Under the pieces are notes generated by a model that did not search any database, was not told the DNA's origin, and saw nothing but the letters and a program-made list of their open reading frames with translations. Positions 17,608-27,250 of a stretch of 51,991 nucleotides of DNA are shown piece after piece. The translations under genes were made by a program, and so were the position numbers. Numbering within the stretch: position 1 is the stretch's first letter; every line of letters starts with the position of its first letter. Source of the DNA: Candidatus Onthoplasma sp. (lineage in GTDB: Bacteria; Bacillota; Clostridia; Christensenellales; UBA1242); the NCBI GenBank assembly GCA_050874685.1, contig JBNMLD010000001.1, positions 1 through 51,991 on the forward strand. The letters are read 5' to 3'.

Positions 17608-18271
17608 TTTTATAGAATTGTTTGAAAAATGCGGTGAAGATTTAAAAACATTGGCCTTCACTCATTCTTCTTATGCTCATGACCATGGCACTCAATGCAA
17701 CGAAAGAATTGAGTTTTTGGGCGACAGTGTGCTTTCAACAATTGTAAGTGATTATCTGTATAAGCACTATTATTACGTTGAAGGCAAAATGAGCAAAATT
17801 CGTGCAAGTTTTGTTTGTACTGATAGTTTGGCTGAATTGGCAAAACAATTGGGTATTGAAAGCCGTATTTTGTTTGGGAAAAGTTTCAAAGCAAGCACCA
17901 TTTCAAACGCAGTTTTGGCTGACACAATTGAAAGTATGATAGGTGTTATGTATTTAACTTATGGTATGCCATCAATTGCAAATGCCGTTTTGGAAGCTTT
18001 GCAAGTTAAAGAAAAATTGACAATGGGTTTAACCAGCAAAGACTTTAAAAGTGAACTTCAAGTGTATTGCCAAGACCAGCAAAAAACCATTAAATACACA
18101 GCAGAAACTTATGAAACAAAAGGCGGACAAACAAATTTCCGTGCCAGTGTGTTCATAAACAACCAATTTGTTGCTTATGGTCAAGGTTCAACAAAACGAG
18201 AAGCAGAGCAAAATTCAGCACATCTTGCACTTGAAAAGTTAAAAAAGCAACCAGAAGAAAAGTTAAATTAA
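17588..18271 (+). CDS. rnc: ribonuclease III
   Basis: TTG start overlapping the plsX end by 20 nt. FTHSSY, ERIEFLGDSVL, C-terminal dsRBD (REAEQNSAHLALEKL). Confidence 0.9.
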   Translation: MKKAKNSFIELFEKCGEDLKTLAFTHSSYAHDHGTQCNERIEFLGDSVLSTIVSDYLYKHYYYVEGKMSKIRASFVCTDSLAELAKQLGIESRILFGKSFKASTISNAVLADTIESMIGVMYLTYGMPSIANAVLEALQVKEKLTMGLTSKDFKSELQVYCQDQQKTIKYTAETYETKGGQTNFRASVFINNQFVAYGQGSTKREAEQNSAHLALEKLKKQPEEKLN

Positions 18272-18273
18272 TA

Positions 18274-18302
18274 TTGTCATTTTTTTAAAAAAGTGATATA
18301 AT
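18274..18302 (+). promoter_or_regulatory. candidate promoter of the PH-domain membrane protein gene
   Basis: TTGTCA, 17 nt, TATAAT, with TGa extended -10. Confidence 0.5.
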
Positions 18303-18365
18303 AGATACGTACAAAATAAGATTGTATAAACAACACAAAGTTTTAACAATGAAGGAGTTTTTAAA

Positions 18366-18902
18366 ATGGAAAATTTATTTGAGCCAATTTTAGATAATAA
18401 CGAAAAGATTATCAAAATTTATGTCCCAGATAAAAAGCGTGCATGGTTTGGCATTTGGATTTGGGTTATATTGACATTGCTTGTTTTTGTTCCAACCACA
18501 ACCTTGATGTTCTTATCAAATGATAGTGAAGCAATTGCTGTTGCCATTTTCTGTGTTATCTGTGCTGTTTTAGCCATTGTTGTGCCACTTATTTGCATTT
18601 CATTGTGGTGCAAAAAAACACTGTATGCTGTAACAAATAAACGTATAATTATCCGCACAGGCTGTGTTGGTGTTGATTTCAAAAGTTTGGAATATAACAT
18701 GTTGGGTGCAATCAGTGTGAATGTTGGTTTGTGCGATAAAATGTTGCACAGAAACACTGGCTCAATATCTTTTGGCAGTATGTCAAGCCCATTGACAAAC
18801 CAAGGTGCTAAGTTTGTGTTCATGTATGTTGTCAATCCTTATGAAACAAACAAAGAAGTGAAAGCGATAATTGATGAATATCGTGCAGACAAAAATGTTT
18901 AA
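18366..18902 (+). CDS. membrane protein with bacterial PH (YdbS/YdbT-like, bPH_2) domain
   Basis: Two TM segments followed by LYAVTNKRIIIRTG, typical of bPH_2 proteins. AAGGAG RBS. Confidence 0.6.
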   Translation: MENLFEPILDNNEKIIKIYVPDKKRAWFGIWIWVILTLLVFVPTTTLMFLSNDSEAIAVAIFCVICAVLAIVVPLICISLWCKKTLYAVTNKRIIIRTGCVGVDFKSLEYNMLGAISVNVGLCDKMLHRNTGSISFGSMSSPLTNQGAKFVFMYVVNPYETNKEVKAIIDEYRADKNV

Positions 18903-18983
18903 TTAAAATGCTTTAAAGCAGACAAAATCATTTGCCAAAATTAAAAATTTGTGCTAAATAATATTAGATTAAAGGAGAAAATT

Positions 18984-19181
18984 ATGTTATTTGAACCACC
19001 AATTGATTTATTAGTTGAAAAATTAGGTTGCAGGTACATGGTTGCTGTTGTTGTTGGCTCACGTGCCAAGGATTTGGAAAATAAGATTCCAGCGCTCCTT
19101 AATGGTAGTGCAAACCTTGCTATTGATTATGCTGCAAAGGAAGTTGCAAAAGGTGAAGTTATAGGGGTTAAGTCTAACTAA
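18984..19181 (+). CDS. rpoZ: DNA-directed RNA polymerase subunit omega
   Basis: Start moved to ATG 18984 (AAAGGAG RBS). MLFEPPIDLLVEKLGCRYMVAVVVGSRAKDL fits the omega N-terminus. Sits directly before priA. Confidence 0.8.
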   Translation: MLFEPPIDLLVEKLGCRYMVAVVVGSRAKDLENKIPALLNGSANLAIDYAAKEVAKGEVIGVKSN

Positions 19182-21358
19182 TGATTGCACAGGTAGTTGT
19201 TGATATTCCCAATGACGCTGTTGACCGAGTTTTTGACTATATTGCGCTTGAAGATACGCAAGTTGGTATGCGTGTCAAAGTTCCATTCGCTGGAAGATTA
19301 GTGTTGGGCTATGTTTTACAATTAAGTGAAAAATCGCAAGTTGCTCCAAGCAAACTTAAAACTATAACAAAAAATTTGGAGAAAACACCAAAATTGATGC
19401 CAGAGATATTGGACTTATGTCAGTTTATGTCTCGGCACTTTTTTTTGCGTTTAAGTGATTGTATTCGCTTGGCATTGCCTTCATGTGTAAGGTTAGACAC
19501 ACAACATGAGCAACTTGAATTTAGTTTGTCACTTGTTTATGATATTGACACTGCAATTAATATTATTGGCAAAAGGGCAAAAAATCAGTTGTCCTTGGTT
19601 GCTTTCTTAAACGAAAATGGCTCAATGGACTTTTTAAAAGCGGTTGAAATGTTTGGCAGACAAAGTGTAAATGCACTTGTTGAAAAAGGGATAATTGCCA
19701 AATCAGCATCAAGGAAAATGCGTGCTCCTTCTGTTGATGTTGGCAATGAACAAAGGAATATTTTAACCCAAGCCCAAGCAGAAGCGGTAAATACAATGTC
19801 TGGGCAAAATAAGACATTTTTGCTAAAAGGTGTTACAGGCAGTGGCAAAACTGAAGTCTATATGAATATTATTGAACAGGCTTTATCACAGGGTAAAACT
19901 GCAATTATGCTTGTGCCAGAAATTTCATTAACACCACAAATGATGCAACGTTTTACATCTCGTTTTCCAAACGATGTGGCTGTGCTTCACAGTAGGTTGA
20001 GTGACGGCGAGCGATTTGATGAGTGGGAAAAGATTTTTGCAGGCAAAGCGCATGTGATTTTAGGGGCTCGTTCTGCAATATTTGCGCCAGTTCAAAATTT
20101 GTGTGTTATTGTAATTGATGAGGAACATGATGCTTCTTATGTAAGTGAAAATAACCCTAGATATGATGCTCATACAGTGGCAGAATATAGGGCAAGAGCA
20201 AACCAATGTCCATTGATTTTGGGCAGTGCCACACCTTCACTTGAAAGTTATCATAAAGCCATGAAAGGCGATTATCAACTTGTTGAATTAAAACAACGTA
20301 TTAATGGCAGTGTTATGCCTGATATTGAAATTGTCGATATGACAAATGAAGTCATGGACGGCAATATGACACCTTTTTCAAAAAGTTTGATAACAAAACT
20401 TGACAAATGTATCAAAGAGAAGAAGCAGGCAATTTTGTTTATTAATAGACGTGGATTTGCTTCATTTGTTATGTGCCGAGAGTGCGGTTACCGTGCAAAA
20501 TGTGATGATTGTGAAGTAAGTTTGGTTTATCATAAAGAAGATGATCAACTTAAATGCCATTTTTGTGGCAAGAAATATCGCATGCTAACCAATTGCCCAA
20601 ATTGCAACAGCAAAAATATTAGGTATGGTGCAACAGGCACTGAAAAAGTTTGTGAAGAACTTGCAAACATGTTCAAAGATGTGCCAATATTCCGCATGGA
20701 TAATGACACCACAAAAGGCAAAGACGGTCACAAAAAAATATTAACAGAGTTTTCACACACATCGCCAAGCATATTGGTTGGAACACAAATGATTGCAAAA
20801 GGTCATGATTATCCACTTGTCTCTGTTGTTGGCATTTTAGATGCAGATATCAGTCTGTATAACAGCGATTATAAATCAAATGAAAGGACTTTCCAACTTG
20901 TAACTCAAGTTGCAGGCAGGGCAGGCAGAAAAAATGCTGACGGACATGTCGTATTGCAAACCTATGCACCAAAGCATTATGTTTATCGCTTTGCCAGAGC
21001 ATACGATTATGAAGGCTTTTATGAAAAGGAAATCAATGTACGTCAAACAACCATGTTCCCACCATTCAGCACAATTTTGCGCATTCTTGTAAGTTCAGTG
21101 AGCGATGAAAGGGCAAAACAAGTCACAAAATCAATTTATGATGATTGCGTCAAGATAAAGCAACAATATGGCAAATCAGTTATGTTTTTGCAGGCAATGC
21201 CAGCGCCTGTGAAAAAAATTCAAACAAAATATCGCTATCAAATCTTGACCAGATTTGTTCCAAGTGATACAATAACAGCGGATTTCTACAAAGCCAGCGA
21301 TAGAATAGAAAAAGACGTTAGCATTTTTGTGGAAACCAATCCAAATAATTTGAGGTAA
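19181..21358 (+). CDS. priA: primosomal protein N' (PriA helicase)
   Basis: Walker A GVTGSGKTEVY, VIDEEHD, Cys-rich Zn region CRECGYRAKCDDCEVSLVYH..CHFCG. ATG overlaps the rpoZ stop (TAATG). Confidence 0.95.
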   Translation: MIAQVVVDIPNDAVDRVFDYIALEDTQVGMRVKVPFAGRLVLGYVLQLSEKSQVAPSKLKTITKNLEKTPKLMPEILDLCQFMSRHFFLRLSDCIRLALPSCVRLDTQHEQLEFSLSLVYDIDTAINIIGKRAKNQLSLVAFLNENGSMDFLKAVEMFGRQSVNALVEKGIIAKSASRKMRAPSVDVGNEQRNILTQAQAEAVNTMSGQNKTFLLKGVTGSGKTEVYMNIIEQALSQGKTAIMLVPEISLTPQMMQRFTSRFPNDVAVLHSRLSDGERFDEWEKIFAGKAHVILGARSAIFAPVQNLCVIVIDEEHDASYVSENNPRYDAHTVAEYRARANQCPLILGSATPSLESYHKAMKGDYQLVELKQRINGSVMPDIEIVDMTNEVMDGNMTPFSKSLITKLDKCIKEKKQAILFINRRGFASFVMCRECGYRAKCDDCEVSLVYHKEDDQLKCHFCGKKYRMLTNCPNCNSKNIRYGATGTEKVCEELANMFKDVPIFRMDNDTTKGKDGHKKILTEFSHTSPSILVGTQMIAKGHDYPLVSVVGILDADISLYNSDYKSNERTFQLVTQVAGRAGRKNADGHVVLQTYAPKHYVYRFARAYDYEGFYEKEINVRQTTMFPPFSTILRILVSSVSDERAKQVTKSIYDDCVKIKQQYGKSVMFLQAMPAPVKKIQTKYRYQILTRFVPSDTITADFYKASDRIEKDVSIFVETNPNNLR

Positions 21359-21360
21359 AA

Positions 21361-21834
21361 ATGGCAGTAAGAGAAATTGTACCATATACAGATAATTTTA
21401 TACGCAAAAAAAGCAAACCAGTTAAGGTTTTTGATGATAAACTTTGGCAATTGCTTGACGATATGCGTGAAACAGTAAAAGTGAACAATGGTTCAGGTTT
21501 AAGTGCGGTTCAAGTTGGTGTGCTTAAACGTGTTTTTATTGTTTGCATTAATGAAATTTACATGGAATTTGTAAATCCAGAAATTATATCAACTTCTGGC
21601 ACACAAATACATAAAGAGGGTTGTTTAAGTGTTAAACTTCCTTTTGCTTATGTTGAACGTCCACAAACAGTAACTGTTGGGGCTTATGACCGCTATGGCA
21701 ATCATTTTGTTTTCACATGCGAGGGGTGGACAGCAGTTTGTGTTTGCCATGAAAATGACCATTTGGAAGGTGTTTTGTATATTGATAAAATTTGCACACC
21801 ACCTAAAGATTTTGTTGATGAGGACGAACAATAA
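21361..21834 (+). CDS. def: peptide deformylase
   Basis: GLSAVQVG, EGCLSV, HENDHLEG. Confidence 0.95.
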   Translation: MAVREIVPYTDNFIRKKSKPVKVFDDKLWQLLDDMRETVKVNNGSGLSAVQVGVLKRVFIVCINEIYMEFVNPEIISTSGTQIHKEGCLSVKLPFAYVERPQTVTVGAYDRYGNHFVFTCEGWTAVCVCHENDHLEGVLYIDKICTPPKDFVDEDEQ

Positions 21835-21836
21835 TA

Positions 21837-22757
21837 ATGAAAATTGTGTTTTTTGGCACTGGAGATTTCAGTGTTGACATTTTAAAAAGTTTGGTTGAAA
21901 GTGGCAAAGAAATTGTCGCTGTTGTTTCTCAACCAGATAAGGTTAATGGGCGCAATGGTAAGGTTACATTTTCAGCAATCAAGCAATATTGCATTCAAAA
22001 TAACTTAAAATTGTTTCAATTTGAAAAACTAAATAGAGATGGCGAAAAAGATTTAAAATCGGTCAATGCAGATATATTTATAACTGCAAGTTATGGTCAA
22101 ATTATCAGGCAAAATATTTTAGATATTTCACGACTTGGCATTTATAATGTGCATGCAAGTTTGCTTCCTAAATACCGTGGTTCATCTCCAATTCAATGGG
22201 CGGTTATGAACGGTGAAAAAGTTACAGGCATAACAATTATGAAAACAGAATTAGGGTTGGATTGCGGTGACATGTATTTGCAAAAACAAATTAGTATAGA
22301 AGACTGTGATACATCATCTAGTGTATTTAAAAAACTTGCAACACTAGGAGCTGAATGTATTAATGAGTTTTTGGATAATTTTGATTTTTATGTTCAACAT
22401 GGTATAAAGCAAGATGAAAGCCAAATGACATATTATCCAATGATAAAAAAAGAAGATTATTTACTTGATTTTGCGCAAAATTCAGTTGATATTATAAACA
22501 AAATTAGGGCATTGGAAAGTTGCTATTTTATATATAAAAATATGCGCTTTAAAGTTTTGCAAGCAAGGTTGAGTGAAGGCTCTGGAAAGCCAAAAGAAAT
22601 TTTAAATTGCAACTCAAAATCAGGTCTTATTATTGCAACAAATGATGGTGCAATTGAGATAGAAACAATTCAGCCAGAGGGCAAACAAAAAATGCCAGCA
22701 AAAGCTTACATGAACGCAAATAAATTTGCAAAAGGTGATTTGATTGAAAATATTTAG
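21837..22757 (+). CDS. fmt: methionyl-tRNA formyltransferase
   Basis: MKIVFFGTGDFS, HASLLPKYRGSSPIQ. Confidence 0.95.
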   Translation: MKIVFFGTGDFSVDILKSLVESGKEIVAVVSQPDKVNGRNGKVTFSAIKQYCIQNNLKLFQFEKLNRDGEKDLKSVNADIFITASYGQIIRQNILDISRLGIYNVHASLLPKYRGSSPIQWAVMNGEKVTGITIMKTELGLDCGDMYLQKQISIEDCDTSSSVFKKLATLGAECINEFLDNFDFYVQHGIKQDESQMTYYPMIKKEDYLLDFAQNSVDIINKIRALESCYFIYKNMRFKVLQARLSEGSGKPKEILNCNSKSGLIIATNDGAIEIETIQPEGKQKMPAKAYMNANKFAKGDLIENI

Positions 22758-23763
22758 TGATTATAGTCTTGAAGAATTGAAAAAAGAATTGGCAGATATT
22801 CCAGCATTTCGTGCCAAGCAAATCTTTGATGCAGTTTTGCAAGCAAAAGACTATGATTCAATTAATTTCAGTGCTGATTTAAAAGCGAAATTATCAAAAG
22901 AGTATATTTTAAAACCTGTTGAAATTTTCAAAGTTTATACAAGCAAAGACGGCACAAAAAAATATCTTTTAAAATTGCATGATAACAATTTGGTTGAAAG
23001 CGTATTTTTGCATCAAAATTATGGCAATACAATTTGCTTGTCAACACAGGTTGGTTGCAGAATGGGGTGCAAGTTTTGTGCTTCAACCTTAAATGGGCTG
23101 ATAAGGAATTTGACCGCTGGCGAAATGCTTTCAATAATTGCTTGTTTAAATGCTGATAATGGCAAATGTACTGACCGCAATTTTTCAAACATAGTTTTGA
23201 TGGGCAGTGGTGAGCCCCTTGACAATTTTGATAATATTGTAAAATGGCTTAGCATGATAACCGATAAAAAAGGTTTTAATGTAAGTGAACGCAATATTTC
23301 ACTTTCAACCTGTGGTTTGGTTGATAAAATTTATGATTTGGCAAAACTTAATTTCAACATAACACTCTGTATTTCATTGCACGCTACCGATGATGAAACT
23401 AGAAAAACAATTATGCCGATAGCCAACAGATACACAATTGCAGAAATTATTAAGGCTGTTAAAGAATATGTTAAAATTAATAATCGTCGAGTTGTATTTG
23501 AATATTGCTTGATTGATGGTGTAAACAATAGAGAGCAGGATATTTTGGCATTAAAAACATTAACAAAAGGCTTTAAGTCTCACGTCAATGTTATTTGCCT
23601 TAATCCAAATGGAGGTAGCCTTAAAGCAACAACAAAACAGCAAGCCATTGATTTTGTTGAGCGATTAAACAATGAAGGTGTAAGTGCAACTTTGCGCAGA
23701 AGCCAGGGCGATGATATTGCCGGAGCATGTGGAATGTTGCGTGCAAAACATTTGCAAGATTAG
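22744..23763 (+). CDS. rlmN: 23S rRNA/tRNA adenine-C2 methyltransferase RlmN (radical SAM)
   Basis: TTG start overlapping fmt by 14 nt. FRAKQIF N-terminal motif, CRMGCKFC cluster, GSGEPL. Confidence 0.9.
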   Translation: MKIFSDYSLEELKKELADIPAFRAKQIFDAVLQAKDYDSINFSADLKAKLSKEYILKPVEIFKVYTSKDGTKKYLLKLHDNNLVESVFLHQNYGNTICLSTQVGCRMGCKFCASTLNGLIRNLTAGEMLSIIACLNADNGKCTDRNFSNIVLMGSGEPLDNFDNIVKWLSMITDKKGFNVSERNISLSTCGLVDKIYDLAKLNFNITLCISLHATDDETRKTIMPIANRYTIAEIIKAVKEYVKINNRRVVFEYCLIDGVNNREQDILALKTLTKGFKSHVNVICLNPNGGSLKATTKQQAIDFVERLNNEGVSATLRRSQGDDIAGACGMLRAKHLQD

Positions 23764-23842
23764 CTTGTTAAAATAACCTTATGTTAAGACAAATATTTTG
23801 ATTTATGGTTAAAAGGCTCAAAATTTTATCTATAAAATTATA

Positions 23843-23870
23843 AAAAACGGGGCATTAAGTCCCATTTTTT
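23843..23870. terminator. weak bidirectional terminator between rlmN and the convergent orphan gene
   Basis: A-run, GGGG...TCCC short stem, T-run. The stem is only 3-4 bp. Confidence 0.35.
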
Positions 23871-23925
23871 ATGCGTTTATTTAAAAATTAAATTTGTAAT
23901 GCAAAATAATTTAATGGATAAAATG

Positions 23926-24387
23926 TTAGATGTCAAAAACATCAATATTTTTATCAAGAGAAGAATAACACCAGTTCCAATAAATACTGCTTGCAAGATC
24001 CATGCAATATGTGTGCAAAATTGAAAGATAAGTTATCAAAGATTCTTCATTCTTTATTATGTGTCGGCGATTTACTTTTTCCAACAAACCATCATTATTA
24101 ACAGGTTGTCTGTCTATTTGTTTTTTGATAAAAAGTTCATTTTCAAGTATAAATTTTGTCAACGTAACAATATCATTTCTTTTATGCACATAAGACGCAA
24201 ATTTATTGTTTAATTCAATATTGCATTTCAAGTCATAAAACAATGCACTTAATTTGTTTAGCAGTTTGATTTGAGAAGTGTCCTTTTCAAGTTTATAAGC
24301 TTTGTTGTATAAATAAACACATTTATTGTAGCAATCAAATATATCGTTGTGAATGGTTGATTGATTTTTATGTTTAATTTGTTTCAT
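23926..24387 (-). CDS. hypothetical protein, 153 aa, no recognised domain
   Basis: Start moved to ATG 24387 (AGGAG RBS). N/K/Y-rich and helical-looking. Confidence 0.55.
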   Translation of the reverse strand: MKQIKHKNQSTIHNDIFDCYNKCVYLYNKAYKLEKDTSQIKLLNKLSALFYDLKCNIELNNKFASYVHKRNDIVTLTKFILENELFIKKQIDRQPVNNDGLLEKVNRRHIIKNEESLITYLSILHTYCMDLASSIYWNWCYSSLDKNIDVFDI

Positions 24388-24551
24388 AAATTCTCCTGGA
24401 CCTTGATTATACCATCGCAATAAAATTTGTCAATACAATAAACTAATATATCTTAAAAATTACATACAAAGACAAATATTTTAGATGACTTATTTGAAAA
24501 TTGTTTTGTTTTTTAGTGTTTTGTGCTAAAATAACCAAAATAGGAGTTATT

Positions 24552-25208
24552 GTGAAAAAAATAGTTGTTTCAGCATCAAGTTTGCCAGCAGGCAGAAATA
24601 TGTCAAGCCAGGTTGAATATTTGGAACGTGTTTCAAATTATGGTGCAGACATGTATCATTTTGATGTTATGGACGGTGTTTTTGTAAAATATAAAACTGT
24701 TGACCATGCTTATCTTGAACAGTTGAAAGAGCGCACGGTTTTGCTTTTTGATTGCCATTTGATGGTAAAAGAGCCTGAAAAAGTGGTTGATAAATATATA
24801 AAAGCGGGCGCAAATATAATAACTTTTCATCAAGAAGTTTTAGATGAAGAACATACACATAAATTGATCCGTCATATCAAAAAGAAAGGTGTAATGGCTG
24901 GCCTTGCTATCGACCTTGACACAGATATATCAAAAGTTGACCCATTCTTGAAAGAACTTGACGTGGTGTTAATTATGTCTGTAAAAGCAGGCAAAGGCGG
25001 GCAAGAATTTCAAAAGTCAGCATTGCCAAAAATCAAATATGTGCGTGAAAAAAATCCAAATATTTTGATTGAGGTGGACGGTGGTATCAATGACAAAACG
25101 TCTGCGCAAGTTGTACGTGCTGGGGCAGATATTGTCGTTAGTGGCAGTTTTATTTATAATAATGATGCTTATGAATCAATTCAAAAGTTAAAGGGAAACA
25201 ATGGATAA
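24552..25208 (+). CDS. rpe: ribulose-phosphate 3-epimerase family protein (divergent)
   Basis: GTG 24552 after AGGAG. HFDVMDG, CHLMV, MSV..G.GGQ.F, EVDGGI and SGSFIY are retained. The canonical SILSADF and FVPN are replaced by SSLPAGR and FVKY. Confidence 0.8.
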   Translation: MKKIVVSASSLPAGRNMSSQVEYLERVSNYGADMYHFDVMDGVFVKYKTVDHAYLEQLKERTVLLFDCHLMVKEPEKVVDKYIKAGANIITFHQEVLDEEHTHKLIRHIKKKGVMAGLAIDLDTDISKVDPFLKELDVVLIMSVKAGKGGQEFQKSALPKIKYVREKNPNILIEVDGGINDKTSAQVVRAGADIVVSGSFIYNNDAYESIQKLKGNNG

Positions 25209-25911
25209 TAGATATTATTTTGAAAAGCCAACAACTGAAAAGGAATTGAATGTTCCTTTTTCTTTTTATTTATCAGGGCAAGAAGCACAACATTTGATAA
25301 AAGTTCGCCGTGCAAAATTGGGCGATAAAATTGTGGCATTTTGCGGTGATGGCTTTGATTATCATTTTATAGTTAAAGAAATTTTAAAAGATAAAGTTTT
25401 GCTTGAATTGATTGATAAAATACATAATAAGTCATTTGCTTCACCTGATATCACTGTGTATTTGGCGATGATTAAAAACGAAGCTTTGGTTGAAGCAATT
25501 GACCATTTGGCAGAACTTAATGTAAAACATGTCAAATTGTTCAAAGCAGATTTCTCTGTTGCAACTTTTGATAGCAAGAAACTCGAAAAATTAAAACAAA
25601 CCGCAATTCAAGCCAGCAAGCAAAGTGAACGTGCGGATATAATGCAGATTGAGATAATTGACAAAAAACAGATAATGGCAGAAAATAACAAAAATATATT
25701 TTTTGCTTATGAAAATTCCACTGGCAAGATTGATAATTTCAGTGGAGATTTTGCCCTTATAATTGGGCCAGAAGGTGGCTTTTCAGCGGACGAAGTTGAA
25801 TATTTTTCATCTTTTGCAAAAAATGTAAGTTTAGGCAACACCATTTTGCGTGCAGAAGTTGCATGTGTGGCTGGTGTTAGTATTTTAAAGGCGGTGGGAA
25901 ATGCGTGCTAG
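25201..25911 (+). CDS. rsmE: 16S rRNA (uracil1498-N3)-methyltransferase RsmE
   Basis: IIGPEGGFS, LGNTILRAEVA. Followed by mtaB, as in B. subtilis yqeU-yqeV. Confidence 0.85.
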   Translation: MDNRYYFEKPTTEKELNVPFSFYLSGQEAQHLIKVRRAKLGDKIVAFCGDGFDYHFIVKEILKDKVLLELIDKIHNKSFASPDITVYLAMIKNEALVEAIDHLAELNVKHVKLFKADFSVATFDSKKLEKLKQTAIQASKQSERADIMQIEIIDKKQIMAENNKNIFFAYENSTGKIDNFSGDFALIIGPEGGFSADEVEYFSSFAKNVSLGNTILRAEVACVAGVSILKAVGNAC

Positions 25912-27139
25912 TGTGGTAACCTTGGGTTGCAAGGTAAATGAATATGAAAGTCAATCAATAATGAACCAGTTAAAACAAGCAGGATATGAGATTTTTGAAG
26001 GTCTTGTTCCTGCTGATGTTTATGTTGTAAACACCTGTGCTGTTACAAATACTGGAGAGAAAAAATCAAAGCAAGTGCTTGCAAAACTTGAAAAGTTAAA
26101 TCCAAATGCAAAAATTGTTGTGTGTGGCTGTGCAGTGCAAAACAACCCAGCCAAGTTTTTGGGCAATCCTAATGTGATTGCTTTAACAGGCAACAATGGC
26201 AAAAATAAAATAATGGAATTTATCAACAATCAAAACAAAGTTTTGCCTGATTTGGAGCATGCTGAATATGACGATATGCCACGTCCAATTGAAACTCGCA
26301 CACGTCAATATATAAAAATTCAAGATGGTTGCAATTATTTTTGTTCATATTGTCTTATACCTTATGTCAGGGGCAGAAGCCGAAGCCGAGACATGAACGA
26401 TATTTTGGCAGAAATAAAAGAAACAAAAGCCAGCGAAATTGTGCTTACAGGCATCAACATGAGTGATTATCGAATAGATGGCGAACTTGCACTTGCAGAA
26501 TTGATAAAAAACGTGGATATGTTGGGCAAACGATTTAGAATTTCTTCAATAGAGTGCAATATTCTTGATGACGAGATGTTTGCAGTGCTCAAAAATTGCA
26601 AAAATTTTTGTCCGCATTTTCATTTGAGTTTGCAATCTGCTTGTAACGATACGTTAAAAAGAATGAACAGGCGCTACACAATCGAGAAATTTATTGAAAT
26701 AACAGATAGAATTAAAAAGGAATTTCCTTCTGCGTGCATTTCAACAGACTTGATAGTTGGTTTCAAAGGGGAAACAGACCAAGAATTTGAAGACACATTC
26801 AAAAATTTAAAAAGGATAGGCTTTGATTTTATGCATATCTTCCCATATAGTGTGCGCACTGGCACAGTTGCAAGCAAAATGGGTGGAGACGTTGACCCTA
26901 AAGTTGTTAAAGAACGTGAAAAACGCCTTCAACAATTAAATGCAGAATTTAAAGAAAAATTCTTTAAGAAGAATGCGAACACTGCTCACAAACTTTTGGT
27001 TGAAATTGTTGACGAAAACTATTCAATAGGCTATACTGATAATTATATATATACATATTTGCCAGCGAAGTATGAAGTTGGCGAAATTGTTGATATAACA
27101 CTTAAAAAGCCATATAAAAAAGGTATGCTGGCGGAGTAA
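25901..27139 (+). CDS. mtaB: tRNA methylthiotransferase, MtaB-like (radical SAM MTTase)
   Basis: N-terminal TLGCKVNEYES, radical SAM CNYFCSYC, C-terminal TRAM-like segment. Synteny with rsmE. Confidence 0.85.
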   Translation: MRASVVTLGCKVNEYESQSIMNQLKQAGYEIFEGLVPADVYVVNTCAVTNTGEKKSKQVLAKLEKLNPNAKIVVCGCAVQNNPAKFLGNPNVIALTGNNGKNKIMEFINNQNKVLPDLEHAEYDDMPRPIETRTRQYIKIQDGCNYFCSYCLIPYVRGRSRSRDMNDILAEIKETKASEIVLTGINMSDYRIDGELALAELIKNVDMLGKRFRISSIECNILDDEMFAVLKNCKNFCPHFHLSLQSACNDTLKRMNRRYTIEKFIEITDRIKKEFPSACISTDLIVGFKGETDQEFEDTFKNLKRIGFDFMHIFPYSVRTGTVASKMGGDVDPKVVKEREKRLQQLNAEFKEKFFKKNANTAHKLLVEIVDENYSIGYTDNYIYTYLPAKYEVGEIVDITLKKPYKKGMLAE

Positions 27140-27250
27140 AATAAGCGAAAATATAGCATAAAAAGGCTTTTTAAGCATGAAAGCAAAATTTATCAGCAAG
27201 AAATAAAATCTGAACCATAAAAATTTGGTTAAGAAAAGGAGATATTAAAA

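Noticed and set aside
18909-18920. Perfect 12-nt palindrome TGCTTTAAAGCA just after the PH-domain protein gene.
   Set aside because: It has no loop, so it is a poor RNA hairpin, and no T-run follows. A single short AT-rich palindrome is expected by chance, and no second copy was noticed.
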